From positions 620,001 to 684,000 of the forward strand of contig OZ287075.1 in NCBI GenBank assembly GCA_965645245.1: a stretch of DNA of 64,000 nucleotides. The letters run 5' to 3'. The notes under the pieces were generated by a model. The model was given only the letters and a program-made list of their open reading frames with translations, made no database searches and was not told the origin of the DNA. This DNA comes from Massalongia carnosa (Eukaryota). Positions 1-13,757 of this stretch are shown one piece after another. Each line of letters begins with the position of its first letter. Position 1 is the stretch's first letter. Both the position numbers and the translations under genes were made by a program.

Positions 1-3000
1 AGAGACTAATGATAAGAAGAATCATCTCGTTATACTAGATTGCACCCGTCATCACAAAAGAGAAAGAAACACTAGAAAGCTAGAGGAGAAGGACCGCGTA
101 CGAAAAAAACGAAGGTCTCGTTCAACGAGTGCAAATATCGACTAAGACTGAAGCAAAACAAAGACGAATCGTGGAGATTAATCATCACCAATCCTGATCA
201 CAATCACGAGATGGCTACAGACCCCTTCGGTTTCAAAGAGCATCGTAGCCAAGACCTCGATCGAGCAACTGCCCTAGATCAAGCAAAAAGTCTCCGTGAT
301 GCATCAACTAGATACGGTCAAACATCTCGCGTTTTGGGAATGACTGGCCTGCGCCTTTCGAAGAAGGACTATTACAACCTGGCTCGATCCCAGGGCAAAC
401 ATACACCTGAAGAAGAGTTGACTTATGCACTTGGATTTCTAGAAGAAGGGTTTCATGTACGGACTTTGGAGAAATATCTCGTTGAAAACAATACTCCCCG
501 AAGACGTGTTGTTGAACATTTCTTTTTCTGTAACGCTGAACAGATCCGACTGACTAGACGATTCGTCAGTGGATTTTTGATAGAAACGGATGCTACGTTC
601 AATACAAATCAGTTGAACTTACCTCTATCGGTGTTAGTTGGCATCACCAACACAAATTAGACTTTCCCCGCGGCCTATTGTTATATAACTTCTGAATCGG
701 CTGAGTGCTTTACGTTTCTATTTGATTGTATGAAAGATCTCTTTTTTCATGATACATGTCCTGGTCCTAGGGTCATCCTCGGAGACTTCGCCGCTGGATT
801 GGCTGCAGCGATGCATAAAAAACGGGCTAAGGAAATAAACCCGGATGCAGCAATGACCGTTGCATGGCAAGTCGCCCAATCAATACACGGAACCGACCCT
901 GATTGTGTGTTGCAATTATGCACGTGGCACGCAGCGGAGGCAATCAAGAAACGCCTGATCAGAGCGGGTTCATATCCTTTAGAAGTACGGAAAGAACTGC
1001 ATGAATTGATATGGGAGTGGATCAAAACTCCTACCGTTAAACAGCTGGATGAGAAGAGAAACGCGTTGATATTGAAGCTTCATGCTTCAGAAAAGGTATG
1101 AAGCCATCAAAAAACGTTAATAAGGGCTAACTCACTCCTATTTCCAGGAGTATTTTACTAGCTATTATCAACGTCAGGAGTGTCAGTTTGTTTCCGCATA
1201 CACCAGAAAGTTCCCTAATTTAGGTGCACATAGCACACAAAGGGTGGAAGGTTTGCATCCGTTGGTAAAGAATGTGACAAATAGGCATACACCTATTAAG
1301 GACTCGGTGCGGAAAATATGCGAAACAGTGCAAAGGGTTCAGGTTGACTACGAAATATCAACCAATCATCAACGAATCAACAACCCCCGGCTAATGGATA
1401 GAAGTGCGTTCAAAGACCTTATAGGTTTAATAACTCATCATGCTATTGACCTCATATCTAGAGAGTTGGATGCAGCTAAACTTTTAGCCGAAGATTTCAA
1501 TCAACAGGTTTCTTTTGGAGTTGAAGGGACTGCATTAATCGAACCAACCGGTGAGGATTGTATGTATGATTGTGATTTGCCTCCACGATACGGTCTTCCG
1601 TGCAGATGCTGGTTGTATCGTTGCGTCATTGATGTTATCCCCATACCTATCTCCCTCATTCATCCCCGCTGGTTTTTCGATAGCCCGCCTTTTGTGGTCT
1701 CGTAGAGCATAGTTTTCGACCCCACCATAAATTTCGCTGAGATGTTTCGGAGAGCAGCTCACAGAAGACCACAGAAGAGCAGGATGAGGAGGCGGATGAG
1801 GGGGGGAATGCTCAACAAAGTCAAGAATCTGAGCCGGAGGAGGAGATCGAGAAGGCAGTTGACAATAATACTCGGGATAGATTTCGTCGCGGGGGTGTTG
1901 ATTTGCTGCATGCGGCCGCACATCAATCTATTGATTTTCATAAATCAATAGAAAATGTGCATAGAAGGGAGGGATACGCTCGTGAATTCGCCAAATTCAC
2001 TGCTATTTTCAATAAAAAATGGCAGGATAAGGAGCTGGCGAGGCCACTTATCCCTACAACTTTCCCCGACGAAATCCGACCGAAGGACAACCTCATGTAT
2101 AAAAAGAGTGGGAGTCGCCGGCGGGCTTACACTGGCCGTGAGGCAGCTGAGGCAGATGAAGCTAAGCAGCGACGTGCTAAACGTAAGGACTCGATTGAAG
2201 AAGGGAGGAGAAGAAGGCATGAGGATGAATTGCGGGCAGGCGGTGAAGACAAGGGTATGATTGATGATAAAAAACCCACGATATCAGCAAATCGATCGAT
2301 GTAGCGCGGCTAATATTCGGTATAGATTCTGGAGATGCTATCATCGTATCTGACGACGATGCCCTGCAATATATAGCAACTCAGCCTACCCCCGATCCTC
2401 CACTCTCTCTGAATGAGAATGATGATTTTATCCCTCCATCCCCGGCATCTTCTTCCGATTCATTTGAAGATATTGATGAAGTGCTGGCGAAACATAGCCA
2501 AAAGGCTCTTTCCCAAACGGTTCCCTCTCCAAAAGCTCCTTCCCTTTATAGCCTCAGTCAAAAAAACATCCGCGCTAGCCAGCTACCATCCACATCGTCT
2601 GCAACAACAACACGAGGGTCACGGGGTGTGGTAGCCAAAAAATCGAAGGCTCAGTTGGAGTTGGAGTCTCAGCAGAGGGCCGACCAAGCGGCCAAACAAG
2701 CAAGGGCTGAGGAGAGGAAAAACGCAGCTGCAAGAAAGGTTGCTAAGACTATGAAGCCTAGAAAGGATAATGTTTCGCAATTGAGTGATGCATTTTCAGA
2801 ATTGAGATCATCGCAATGAGTGGTAGGAGTAGTAGTAATAGTAGTAGTATGAATAGATGAGGATTTTTCAGAACGCGAGACTAGGCTAAATCAACAAGAG
2901 GAAGCTTGCGGAGAGACGGTGGACGTGCACATATTTAGTATGGGGAGGTGGCTTGTAGCTAGTCCTAATTTTGGAATGATTTTCGCTAGGGGGACGGTGG

Positions 3001-3024
3001 GGGGGGACTGTCCCGAGTCTTCTC
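1..3024 (+). mobile_element. Mutator-like (MULE) DNA transposon, decayed; left end outside window
   Basis: ORF pieces 211-660, 730-1095, 1148-1705, 1903-2254 and 2326-2819 join via introns 1096-1147 and 2255-2325 into one transposase. MULE motifs: ETDATFNTN (D), VILGDFAAG (D), QLCTWH (CxxH), STQRVEG (E) and SWIM-like CxxxC...YGLPCRC. In-frame TAG stops at 658 and 1703 and a frameshift near 1740. GC-rich ...GGGGACTGTCCCGAGTCTTCTC ending at 3024 is the presumed right TIR (partner not visible). Confidence 0.85.
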
Positions 3025-3378
3025 GATCCAATAGCAGATCGACATACTGCACGAGAGAAGCCATTCCAACACCAGTAGGCTGGATGTGGCAACACTTTGG
3101 CGTTGTGACCGAATTCATGTTCACGTGGAAGTCTTTTCGTACCCAGTAGACGATTAGAAGCGGACGATGTGTACACGTGCCAAGGGTCTTTCTACAACTC
3201 CAGAGTGGGCGACAGGTCAACGTGCACGACATGATGTTGGCACAGCGAAAATTTTGATATTGCAGAACGATGATGTTTCTTGGACGATTCTATCTACACT
3301 CCACCTGCATCAAGTCCCTGTCGAGGGCCAATGTACATTCCTACACGATCAGATTCCTCGTCTCCCCTATTTCTCTTT

Positions 3379-5324
3379 TCACACGGCAAATCCACCCGAG
3401 TTCTTCTGCCGAGGTTCTCCTGCTGCCTCAAAAGTCCCATTGGGCAATAGCCGAATGGCCTGCGCGGAGCTCTGCGCAAGTGGGATCCACGTTATATTGT
3501 GACCCCGGTCTTTCATATACGCCACCGTCCGGTTGTCATACGAATACTCAAAAGAAATCTGATTCGGTAGCAGCTGGTCATGGAACCTGGACTGATTCAA
3601 GGCCTGAGGAGCGGTCAATCCCTGATCCAGCACGTGCCAGAGGTTCTGGATGGTCGACGTGAGGATTCGTGAGCCACCGGCGGCGCCCACGACGAAATAG
3701 AGGGAGGAGTTGGACAAATGCTCGACAATCACGGGGGAGATGGACGAGAGAGGACGTTTTCCTGGCCGGACATAATTGGACGGAGAAGGAACGTAGCCAA
3801 AGGCGTTGGAGGACCCGGGGATGGAAAAATCGTTCATTTCGTTGTTCATGATGATGCCGGTTTCTGGAACCAACAGATGGGACCCGAAAAGAAGGTTGAC
3901 GGTGGATGTAAGGCTGATGGCCATTCCCGAGGCATCGGCAGTCACGACGTGAGATGTCCCAGGTCTGCGGGAATTAGCGCATCCTTCACACGACACTCGA
4001 CAGACTCACGTGTCGAGACTTTCAAGTCCTCTGGGGTCATAGCCAGAGACCGGAAGCGTTTGGGTATCTAGAAGTCTGCCTCGGATGTTGGCAGCTGTGG
4101 TTCCATTTACCATTTCTTGCTGATACTCGTCAAGACCTTTCACGAACAACGGATCGCCAAGATTCGCCCGCTGACAGGATTAGCAACCATCCAACCCTTC
4201 GTGAACAATCCTACCTCGCCATAGCCGAATCTAGTCGCTTCATCCAGCCGATGTGTGCTGAGATTGAGGTTTGCCGGATCTCCAAATCCTTCGTAGCCTT
4301 CAACGATCTTCATCGTGCTCAATGCTACCGTTCCACTTGAAGGAGCGCTGCATGCGGTGAGTTTATAACCACGATACGTGATCTGCGCAGGTTTCCTGAT
4401 TGCCACGGTATAATTCTTCAAATCCTCCAGCGTCATTGTGCCGTTGGCTCTTTGAACAGCAGCGATAGTCGTTCTCGCAATGGCGCCGTTATAAAACATG
4501 TCGGGACCTTTGCGTGCAATCTGTTCCAACGTGTCGGCATACCTCTTCCGCGTGATGATATCCCCCAAGCCAACCCGAGTTCCATTCGGCGCAAAATCAA
4601 GCGCCCATGATGGATCTTCAACAAGAAAGTTTTGAATACCAACAACAGCAGCATTCATGTAGCTTACGAGGTCTTTGGTGACCGGAAACCCGTACCGTGC
4701 AAGTTTTATTGCAGGATTGATCAGGTGCGCCCAAGGAAGTGTGCCATACCCTTTATGCAGACGTTCCATGCCTCGGATTTCTCCAGGAATACCGCTGGAG
4801 GTCTTGTTAGCGTCGCGCTACTGATAGATCATCTACATGCCTTGCCAGCCCTCCAAATATCGAAGCATTCACGTTGCCTTTGTACATGTCCTGAAAGGCA
4901 GCTGCAGGTGCCGTTTCCCGAAAGTCGATGAACTCATACGACCCGTTGGATCCTCTCACAAGAAGGAAACCCCCGCCCCCGATACCTGAATGATACATTC
5001 CTATTGCGTTCAGTGCGGGCTAGGATGATCCAGGTAACGAACATACCAATCACTCCGACACAAAAAACGGTTCCTACGAGCTTAACCACAGGAAAGGTTG
5101 TCAGCAAGTTGCTTTCGACGCTTTAAACAAAACTGCAAACAAACCGCATCTGCAGCATTGCCTCCCTGCTGGATCAGCTCAATACCGATGCGACTACATA
5201 TCGAGCTCTCTGAAGCGATAGCTCCGTTCTTGTGATGGGCCTGGTGTTTTGGCAAGCTGGTATAATTATGACTTAACACGCATTGAGCAGCAGAAGCGAA
5301 GGCAATGGCTAACAAGAACTTCAT
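3379..5324 (-). CDS. GGT1: Gamma-glutamyltranspeptidase (multi-exon, N-terminal signal peptide)
   Basis: Exons carry GAIASESSICS, GGNAADA, HSGIGGGGF, IDFRETAP, the nucleophile motif GTSHVVTAD...TSTVN, NNEMNDFS, PGKRPLSS and GAAGGSRI. Confidence 0.95.
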
Positions 5325-6098
5325 CGTGCCAAGTGCTGAACGAGTGGAGAGAAAAAACCGAGGCAGTAGAAGGAGCGCATCGTAAAAAGAAAATCAATAG
5401 ATTGAGGTACTTCGTAGTAATTATACACTAGTCCCGCAAAAGGTGGGGGGCGGGTAGTCATCGGAGTTGAGTGCGACACAGGAACAGTCCGAGTAGCATT
5501 GAATCGCACGAAGCAAAGCTCGGGATGAAAGACCAAAACGTCATTTCAATTACCGATGGTCTGCTCGGGAGTCTGCCTTGAGAGGGTAGCGATATCATGA
5601 CCGAGAAGCCGCATTAACATTTTGTGTTTGCCTGGATACTTTTTGGGGAAATCAGTTGCTTCCAACCTCCGATGAGGTTTAATCCCAAATAAAATACCCA
5701 GCTCAAGCCCCGAACATGATTGAGAATACCTCGTAGAAATCAAAGTTTCGGTATATATAGTAAAACATCGCAATGCGCACAAAGTCAAGATGCCAGACAT
5801 AGCAACGAAGCTTACAAATGTATGCTTGCTCAAAATCCCTGGGAATCAAGGCCTTGTTCAACCCTTCATAGCTACTTATACCCCCTAGTCGTGACGCTCT
5901 GCGCTACACAGCTGGACATGGAGAGCAGTTTCGTGATCAGCAAAAGCCATATATCGATGTCGCCTGGCCGTTCTCTGCATTCCGCAATGCAAAGTCCATC
6001 GTTAAGCTTTGGCCAAAACAAGAAGCATGGTGACCAGAGGTTCCAGTGTCTGGTTAGATCTGTCATCGAAAGGCATAATGCGTATTCACTCGTATCTC

Positions 6099-7925
6099 TC
6101 AAACATCACTCTGCAATAACATCCGTCGAGCCCGCCTCGTTTTAGCCTTGCCATATATGTTATCCCAATAAGTAGTCGCATTCTTGCATATCTCTTTAAT
6201 ATCCTTCCAAGTCTTGAATTTATCCTCCAACTTACACGCCGTCCATCTGATTTCCTCCCAGAATCGTCTTTCAAGGTCAACACCGAACCCTTTGATGGTG
6301 TTTTCATCAACCGTCCATACCAATCGATCTTTTCCATCCGAATCCTTGGTCGGGCCATCTTGCTGGAAAATCGTAGCAGGGTTGAACTTGGGGAAGTGGG
6401 CATGCACGAAGAAGGAGCGAGGGGGAGGTGCGACCGATGGGTTCTTCACGCGCCACAATTCATGTGACGTCAAATTGTAATCTTGAATCGGATCGTGCTG
6501 AACCATTGCCGAACCAGCAAGGCCTCCATCCTCTTTCCTCGTGCCGATAGGTTTGACCCACTCGCTCACGGCGTAAAATGATTCATTAACTACGCTGGCA
6601 GCGGCTAGGAAGGTTTCTTTGTCACCTTCGCCTGGAGCGCCTTGCGAAAGCAGCGGATAATAATAATTAGGACCGTAATAGTTGTAGTAGGCTGCCAGAA
6701 GCAGCGATCGTTGGTGCGTCTTTTTCGATATGAGAAGTTCCCCCGTTTCACTGGAAGCGCGCTCTGTCATCGCCGGCACGCTTTGGGTGGTGATGCTGTA
6801 GTATAGAGTGGAAATCGAGGACGCCCAAAAGTCAGGCCAGGTGATGAAGCCATGTTTTTGAAATACCTCAGACGTAAAGAGTTGCTCGGGATTATGAATG
6901 GGAAAGGCGTCAGCATCGAGAAACAAGATCTCTTCAAAGGAAGAAAACATCATTGCAAAGATTTTAAATTGGTAATGGGCGATCTCCACCTCATGCGGTG
7001 CGCTTTCTAGTATATCTGACAGTATAACACATGTAGCGTTCAACGATGGCAGGACCTCTTTGCAAATATTCTCCTCGTATTCCTCATGATCCCCAAGAAA
7101 CACCTCCACCGGTAGTGTCGTTCCGGTACGGCGTAACATCCGGAGGGAGATGACAAAGACTGGAAGGTATTTGCCCCCGGCAGTCGAGACCAAACCGCGG
7201 GATCCAGGAGTAAAGACCATTTGCGGATGATTGCCTTTTATTCCATCAACCAGCTTCTTATGAGCCTCTCGCATCTTTCCTACGCTTTCTTTGGACATTT
7301 CGGTGAGGTTTGGCCGTTCTAAATGATCCGAAGGATTGAAGCCCTGGCTGTTCGACCTGCCTAATCGTTTCGGAGATTCACAATCGGGTTTGCTTAATGC
7401 AAGAAGAGTTTCAAACGAGGCCCAGAACTCGATCTGCTTTTTCCGAAAAGATGGATCGTTTGCATGGCTGATGTTGGGATTTGCAAATGTTAAGCTGCTA
7501 TTGAAAGTTGCATTCTGCTTTGAGGGTTCGTGGATGGTCGAGCTGGAATTGTCTTTCGCGACGGATGCATCGACAGTCTGAGTGGTGTTTTTCTTTGGGA
7601 GTAGGGTGGCTGTAGGTGATTCGGTTTGTTTTGATGTTTTTATCTTATTGTGGTTAGAATTGTGCTCTTTAGCGGGTATCGCAGGATCATGGGCGGTAGT
7701 CGGGGTTGGAGAGTGCAAGGGGTTAAGAACGCCCGCTTTGATTTCGTGTTCAGGCGCCTCGGTGGCGTGACTCGCATTATGGGTGCCGTAAAGGGTAGGC
7801 ACAAAGGAGTGCCATGCAGGAAGCTGTCGTCGTTGAAAAGCAAAATAGGATAATAATATAATCAAGGGGATTGCAAGCAGCAAGGTCTTGATCCGCAAGG
7901 AACGATGGGGGAAAAGAAAAGACAT
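6099..7925 (-). CDS. MNN2: Alpha-1,2-mannosyltransferase, GT71 (MNN2/MNN5-like)
   Basis: Type II N-terminal TM segment; LRMLRRTGTTLPVEVF, FEEILFLDADAFP (DxD), WPDFW, ETGELL, GEGDKETF. Real ATG probably at 7925 (MSFLFP). Confidence 0.9.
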   Translation of the reverse strand: MSFLFPHRSLRIKTLLLAIPLIILLSYFAFQRRQLPAWHSFVPTLYGTHNASHATEAPEHEIKAGVLNPLHSPTPTTAHDPAIPAKEHNSNHNKIKTSKQTESPTATLLPKKNTTQTVDASVAKDNSSSTIHEPSKQNATFNSSLTFANPNISHANDPSFRKKQIEFWASFETLLALSKPDCESPKRLGRSNSQGFNPSDHLERPNLTEMSKESVGKMREAHKKLVDGIKGNHPQMVFTPGSRGLVSTAGGKYLPVFVISLRMLRRTGTTLPVEVFLGDHEEYEENICKEVLPSLNATCVILSDILESAPHEVEIAHYQFKIFAMMFSSFEEILFLDADAFPIHNPEQLFTSEVFQKHGFITWPDFWASSISTLYYSITTQSVPAMTERASSETGELLISKKTHQRSLLLAAYYNYYGPNYYYPLLSQGAPGEGDKETFLAAASVVNESFYAVSEWVKPIGTRKEDGGLAGSAMVQHDPIQDYNLTSHELWRVKNPSVAPPPRSFFVHAHFPKFNPATIFQQDGPTKDSDGKDRLVWTVDENTIKGFGVDLERRFWEEIRWTACKLEDKFKTWKDIKEICKNATTYWDNIYGKAKTRRARRMLLQSDV

Positions 7926-8691
7926 GCTGATGTTGATGCTAATGCTGATGCTGATGCTGATGCTGGATATAAAGATTATCACCGGATGAACATTATGGCA
8001 AGCAAAAGATTTGAGAAAATGACAATGACAGGACGATCAACATAGATCAGATGCGAAGGCCAAGGGGCAAATGAAGATGAGAAAAAGTTTGTGTTGTTTC
8101 ATCGAGGGAAAGAAGAAATCCCGAGAGACCCTGATCAACCGGAATAATGCTGCCGAGTACGCGACGTCCAAGAATAGGTTACTCTGTACTAGTACGTAGT
8201 ACTCCGTACCGAGTACTCTGTAACTAGATTTAAAATACCGTAACCGCCGTAGTGCCGTATTACGTGTTTATGCGCCAAGGGTCCAGGGACACTTAGGTGC
8301 CATCATGGGATTGAACCAGGCGTTATTACCACATTCGCGTGCGAAGGTAGGATGTTGTTGTCATGATGATCTTGTCAAGCATTCCCCAATAACTATGCTA
8401 CAAAACAAGTATTCTGTACCTGATTCGGGAAAGTACCCAATGTGGACGCTGCATCTGCACGAGCAGCACACAACGCAGCTTCGATATCGTGCGTATTGAC
8501 CCCTGAAGGCGTATCGAACCCCTGGAGATAGATAAGGTATCCATGATGCCATGGCTGCTTTTCCCCCTGACTAATTTTCTGTCCGGTTATCATCGTGTGT
8601 TGCTTTTTCCCTTCTGTTAGACGTATAAGTTCGTTGTTGATGAAGCGTTGATTCTCCAGTGGACTTAGATGAAGAGTGACAGCTCACCAGC

Positions 8692-9954
8692 ATGGGACAG
8701 TGTGAAGGTCCGATCAGAGGTGATTCTGATATCGTGGGCGTTGGGGTATAATCTGCAGTCTACCGCGAACCTTCAGCACACATCAAACTAACAAATCTCC
8801 TCAAGGTCGTGTCTGCGATTTTCGTAAGCGCGGGGATCACCATTGTGGTGTCGGCTTCGCTCTGGACATACCTGTACCTTTACCTGCGGAAGGATCAGTT
8901 GGACCTTTCTCGTCCGCTTCCAAGATGGCTGCAGATTTTCAGATCGGCGTTAGTCGTGCAGGGAGACAGCCTGTTGATCGGTGCGCTCGCAATCATCATT
9001 ACATCGTTGATGCAGATGAAGACAAATGCAGAGAATCCCCTGTTTCACACGTTTACCGCCAGGCCCGTGGTGGACGTTGCCTTGACAGGCCATGCCGCCG
9101 CGGTCGTGCACGTCTACCCGACTCGGCATCATTGGTGGTTCCGCCTCGTCCTGCTGGCGGTAACGATGCTGCTTTGGCAACGGTGGAGTTGGCTAGCGCT
9201 TGAAGATTTCCGGAAGTCGAGTCGATCGGGAAAGCCTTGCCTGGAGAACAGCAACGGCTTCCCGGGGGAATACACTTCGTGGGTTTGGTTCTCCATCCTC
9301 TGGACGCCAATGGGTTATCTGGTCCTTTACTTGAATCTCTGGGAGAACGGAAGGGCTCTAACGAACCGATTTGAAGAGTTTCTCTGCTCGGGCCCAAAGA
9401 TCATCAAGAAGAACTTTGCTCTCCGGCTGAAGAGCTTAGAAGCTTCGCCGTCGTGGATGGAATGTATCGATGCGCTGAGGGATCTTGCATTCTCCATAGG
9501 CCTTCTTGCCGCATTTCTGGTTTCCTGGGCGTTTGCGCTTCTTCTCCCAACCGCCCGGTTGGTAAACCCGATCCAATCGTGTATTTCTTTCGCCTGGGAC
9601 GCATACGACGTCTCCAACTTGCGGGCAGCCAACACATACATGCTCGACGAGCATCCGCAAAAAGTGGCGTCCAAGTCGTTCAAGGTCAACAACGATCCGG
9701 AGGCTCAGTGGGGGTTTGGCCAGATCCTTTCGTTTGCGATGTTGCTGTTCCCCATCCTTTCGGCTTTTGATACGTTGAATGGTACTGAACCCCTCTCCAA
9801 AGCGTGTGCTTGATCGACAAATCCTGACCGGAAAACAGGCTTATACCACGCTCGAAACAATAAAGAGAGTGTTACTTCGATTTTCCCGACCACCGGCATC
9901 GCCACAGGTCAGGATCTCGAAGCCAATCAGTGCCAGAAAAGGGCAGACGCCTGA
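8692..9954 (+). CDS. Uncharacterised fungal multi-pass membrane protein
   Basis: ATG 8692 (MGQCEGPIRGDSDIVGVG), intron 8746-8805, hydrophobic main exon ending in QWGFGQIL, probable intron 9782-9838, stop 9954. Confidence 0.7.
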
Positions 9955-10258
9955 GAAGGTGATTCATTTGGTACTAGCGAGTCTACAAATAGTCTTTAAA
10001 ATAGAATCAGCGTCAATTATATAGAACGGGCAGGCGCAAGGATATTGAAGAAAAACATGATGAAGGCAGTTTTCCAAGGTTTAGAGACAGCAGGAGTTAA
10101 GGAGTATAGAGAGACTGCGATACCTATTCCTATGTCCGTTATGATTCACAATCTTACAGCTTTGTCAAATGGCTTCGTGAATGCAACATGCTATCTGCTT
10201 TGCGCAAAGTTCATACCGCTAAAAAACCACAATGCTACCAACAAATATCTCCGTTCGA

Positions 10259-12040
10259 TTATACCTTCTCGGTATGGGAATACCCACCTTCCTCGTTCGC
10301 CTTAGTGATTGCTTTCAGCCTATCCTGCATCGATTCCGGGTTCCCGCTGCTGTTCCTCCGAACCTCCCGCTCATGATGCTCAATGTATGTCGCGGGCCGG
10401 CGGGACGCGATGGCATCTTTGTTCCTGAAGATGAGGATGCTCTGGTCGTCGCGGAATAAGCGATCGATGTCCTCAAGGCTGCGCTGTGAGGTTTCGGGAT
10501 AAAAGAAGTAGACTATAGGCACGAAGGAGAGGTTGAATATGGTCCAGATTATATAGAACCGCCAATGTAGACTTTGTATTCCTATAGGGGTAATTTCGAC
10601 AACTATATTGTTGTTAGGACGAACTTGGAAGCTGGCTTACAAGGCCTCAAAGCTGGACATACCCATGTAATTGAAAGCCCAATTCGAGGCTGTACCAATC
10701 GCTGCTCCTTTGGTTCTCATGCTCAAAGAATTAATCTCAGTAGGATATAGCCAAGGCACCCCTTGCCATCCGATGCCAAAAAAGACGTAGTACAGAAAGA
10801 AAAACGCAACGGAGGCCGAGGCAACTTGCTTTGTGGCTGCATAGCCAGGCTTTTCGCTGTATCGTAGAAGAATAGTAATCAACAAATAGCAGAATCCTTG
10901 ACCCGCAGCGGCATACATCATGAGCTTGCGGCGACCCCATCGCTCCACGTGTGGGATGCCAATGAGACTAAAGGCCAAGTAACTGACTGAGTTACAGGCG
11001 GCCAGTAATCGTGCAAGTTTCTCTTCCAGTCCGACTGATTGTATTAAGACTGTCGGTAGGTAATAAGAGGTAACATTAATGCCAGAAAGTTGCTGCATCG
11101 CCTGGGTGCCCGCTCCAAGCAGGAGCCTTCGTATGGTACAAGTGCCAGCCTGCCCGGTTTTCCCCCGCAAGAGATTCCACCAACTTACGGCATGAGTCCT
11201 CTCATATTCAACGGCCCATTGGATATCTTTCGATTCAGTAACCACATAAGGATCATCAGTTGTTGTACACTCCAGATCAGCCAGGATCTGTTCAGCTTCT
11301 TCGACATGTCCATGAGCCATGAGCCAACTTTTTTATAAATCAGTACAAAACATGCCCCTGTACAAGCCCAAGTACGCACCGAGGAGATTCTGGTAGCCAC
11401 GGCACGGTGCCGAATAAAATGAAAATAAAGAAGAACTGGAAAGCAAGTGGAAATCTCCAGGAAATGGGCCCATTGGCATAAGAAAACCCATATGTGATCC
11501 AATTCGACAAGGAGAAGCCAGCAATATTTAAGATCATTTCAATGACGACGAGCTTGCCTCTCCAAGCTGCCTTAGAGGTCTCTGCTTGCCACACTGGAGC
11601 TGTCGCAGTGTTCAACCCATTTCCCAGACCGGCCACAATACGCCCGATAATCATCTGGGCAACGCTGTAAGCTGAGATCTGAAGTATGGCTCCAATGCTC
11701 ATGACAGTGGTTCCCAGAAGAATGGAATTCTTTCTACCAAGCTTTTCACCAATCGAAAAAGCGGCAACAGCTCCAAAGAAACAGCCAACATCATACAAAG
11801 CGGTGACTGTTCCAACGGTGCTGGTATGGTTTGGGCCTACCAGTCCCAACGTCTCCAGGAAATCTTTCGTAACGATGACTCCTCCAAAGACGCCCTGATC
11901 ATATCCAAAAAGGGTCATCTGCTCGCGTGATCAAAGCCGATACTTTCCAGCATTGTTGGCGGTACACTCACATCTGTCGAGCAAGCCACGGATACCCAAA
12001 AGGTTAGCCATCCTCCAGTGAGCCCAAAATACGGAGCCAT
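10259..12040 (-). CDS. MFS sugar porter (hexose/glycerol symporter-like)
   Basis: MAPYFGLTGGWL..., LFGYDQGV, GEKLGRK, PVWQAETS, WRFPLAFQ, PESPR, QQLSGIN, ERWGRRK, WLYPTEI, YPET motifs across several exons. Confidence 0.95.
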
Positions 12041-12480
12041 GCTAGCAGGATAATTGAGCGAAGCGCGGAGCAGGCTTTAATTCTAACACCAAAAGCGGAC
12101 CGAAAACCATCATGGAGTTAAGTATCCAAGGTGTGGAAGAAGTGTACGTCAGAGGCGGGATGCGGGGAAGAAAATGCATGAGCATGCGACCCCGCATTTC
12201 CATTCTTAAGCTTTTTTCCACCAAATTATTGATTATAGGCTTTTAGTTTTGTGTCGTTTGAACAGACCCCTTTATCCCGTGTACTCGTGTGGCCCAGAAG
12301 TCTGTCGTTTCCTTTTTGGGTTAGCGCGTCTTGGCAGACATAAACAAACCTTCCCAACGCGCTCGCAGAAAAAAAAGCGACACCCAAAAATTTTACCCCA
12401 CCAAATCCCCCCTTTTCATCAACAACCAGCACCAACAACCAGCATTTAATCATCATGAAAAGCTGATTATATTCATCTAA

Positions 12481-13595
12481 CTAGTAGCCAGTCATCTGGC
12501 CCTCGCCATCTATGACTGCTTGCAACCGATCAGGCATTTCATCAACTTTTTCATTAATAAATGCCTGAGAAACACGATCCCATCCTTCATTAATTAGCTC
12601 CTTGGTCGTCGCATCGTCCCAATGAGGATATTTACGAAGATGTTGCTTCGGAATTGACCAGCTGTTTTCCACAGGAGATAAATCAGGTGATGTAGCACAA
12701 TTGATATAATGGTTTAGATGATTTGTCTCCTTCCAAGTGCGTACGATGTTTGATTTGCTCGGTCCATGACCCGAATCCCCATCTTCTTCAAGCACGAAGT
12801 CATGCCCCTGATCAAGCCACGGCTTGACCACCGGCTCCAAAATCTGATCAATATACACCCGTTGACTCATCTTTCCATTGGCATTGCCCGGCACATTGTA
12901 ATAATGAATATCTGACTTGAAATCGTGACCAACAGCTGCCCAGCAATGACGCCGTTTCACATCTCTAGAATCTGGTTCTTCTGCTTGCTGTATACAGTCC
13001 TGACATTTTCTTTCGTCGGCTGGCGAATGATGGACAGTTTACCTTGAGGACCCCATCCGAAATGCACCTCATCACTGAATCGTACGTTATGCCAGTCAAA
13101 CTTTTCAGGATATCTTTTCAACATAACTTTGGCCCAATCAAAGCGACGACGAGCTGTTTTCTCATTGACCCAGCCCTTTCTGCATGCGAGGCATTTGTGA
13201 TAGTCCATCATTCCCATAGCTATTTGTATGATTCGTCCCGAGCATTCAAGTCCCACCTCATAGCCCAACTGTGCCTAGGTGAGAGCACGCGCCTCAAATC
13301 CCTCCTCTATGATGCGCTCCATTTCGCGAATTTTTTGCGGAGTAACAATAGCCTTTCGCCCTCGCGTTTCAGGAAGATCAGGCTTGTTGTGATGTCTTCG
13401 CGAGCTCTCCTGCTTTAAAGCTCTCCAGCCGGCATGATGACTCACATTAAACATACGAAAAACGTCCTCTTTGAAGTAGAGAATGCCCATGCGATCGCAG
13501 AATTCAACGGCTCCTTGAATTTTAGCTTTTGTAGGAGTAGGATAGTGCATTCTAGATTCAGAAGAGTTAGGTTCAGGTGTGTTGGGTCGTTCCAT
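12481..13595 (-). pseudogene. Tc1-like transposase A (DD37E)
   Basis: ETRGRK, FSDEVHF, LEEDGDSGH...SPDLSPVENSW with 37 residues between D and E, C-terminal GQMTGY. TAG stop at 13275-77 and a frameshift near 13010. Confidence 0.9.
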
Positions 13596-13757
13596 GATGC
13601 TGGTTGTTGGTGAAAAGGTGGGATTTTTGATGGGGTGGAATTTTTGGGTGTCGCTTTTTTTTCTGCGAGCGCGTGCCTCCCTAAACATCGATTTTTTCCC
13701 TCATCGAATCTGAATATCCTCATCCATATAATTCAAAGACCAATAATTATTCATAAT

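Noticed and set aside
7926..7982. N-terminal ISISIS extension of the mannosyltransferase ORF
   Set aside because: It arises from a (GATGCT)n hexamer repeat in the 5' UTR and a non-ATG start; ATG 7925 precedes the TM anchor.
12357..13673. Inner inverted repeats as an invertible phase switch or a separate nested element
   Set aside because: No TA flanks, no recombinase and the copies have diverged; more simply the subterminal part of transposon A's long TIR.
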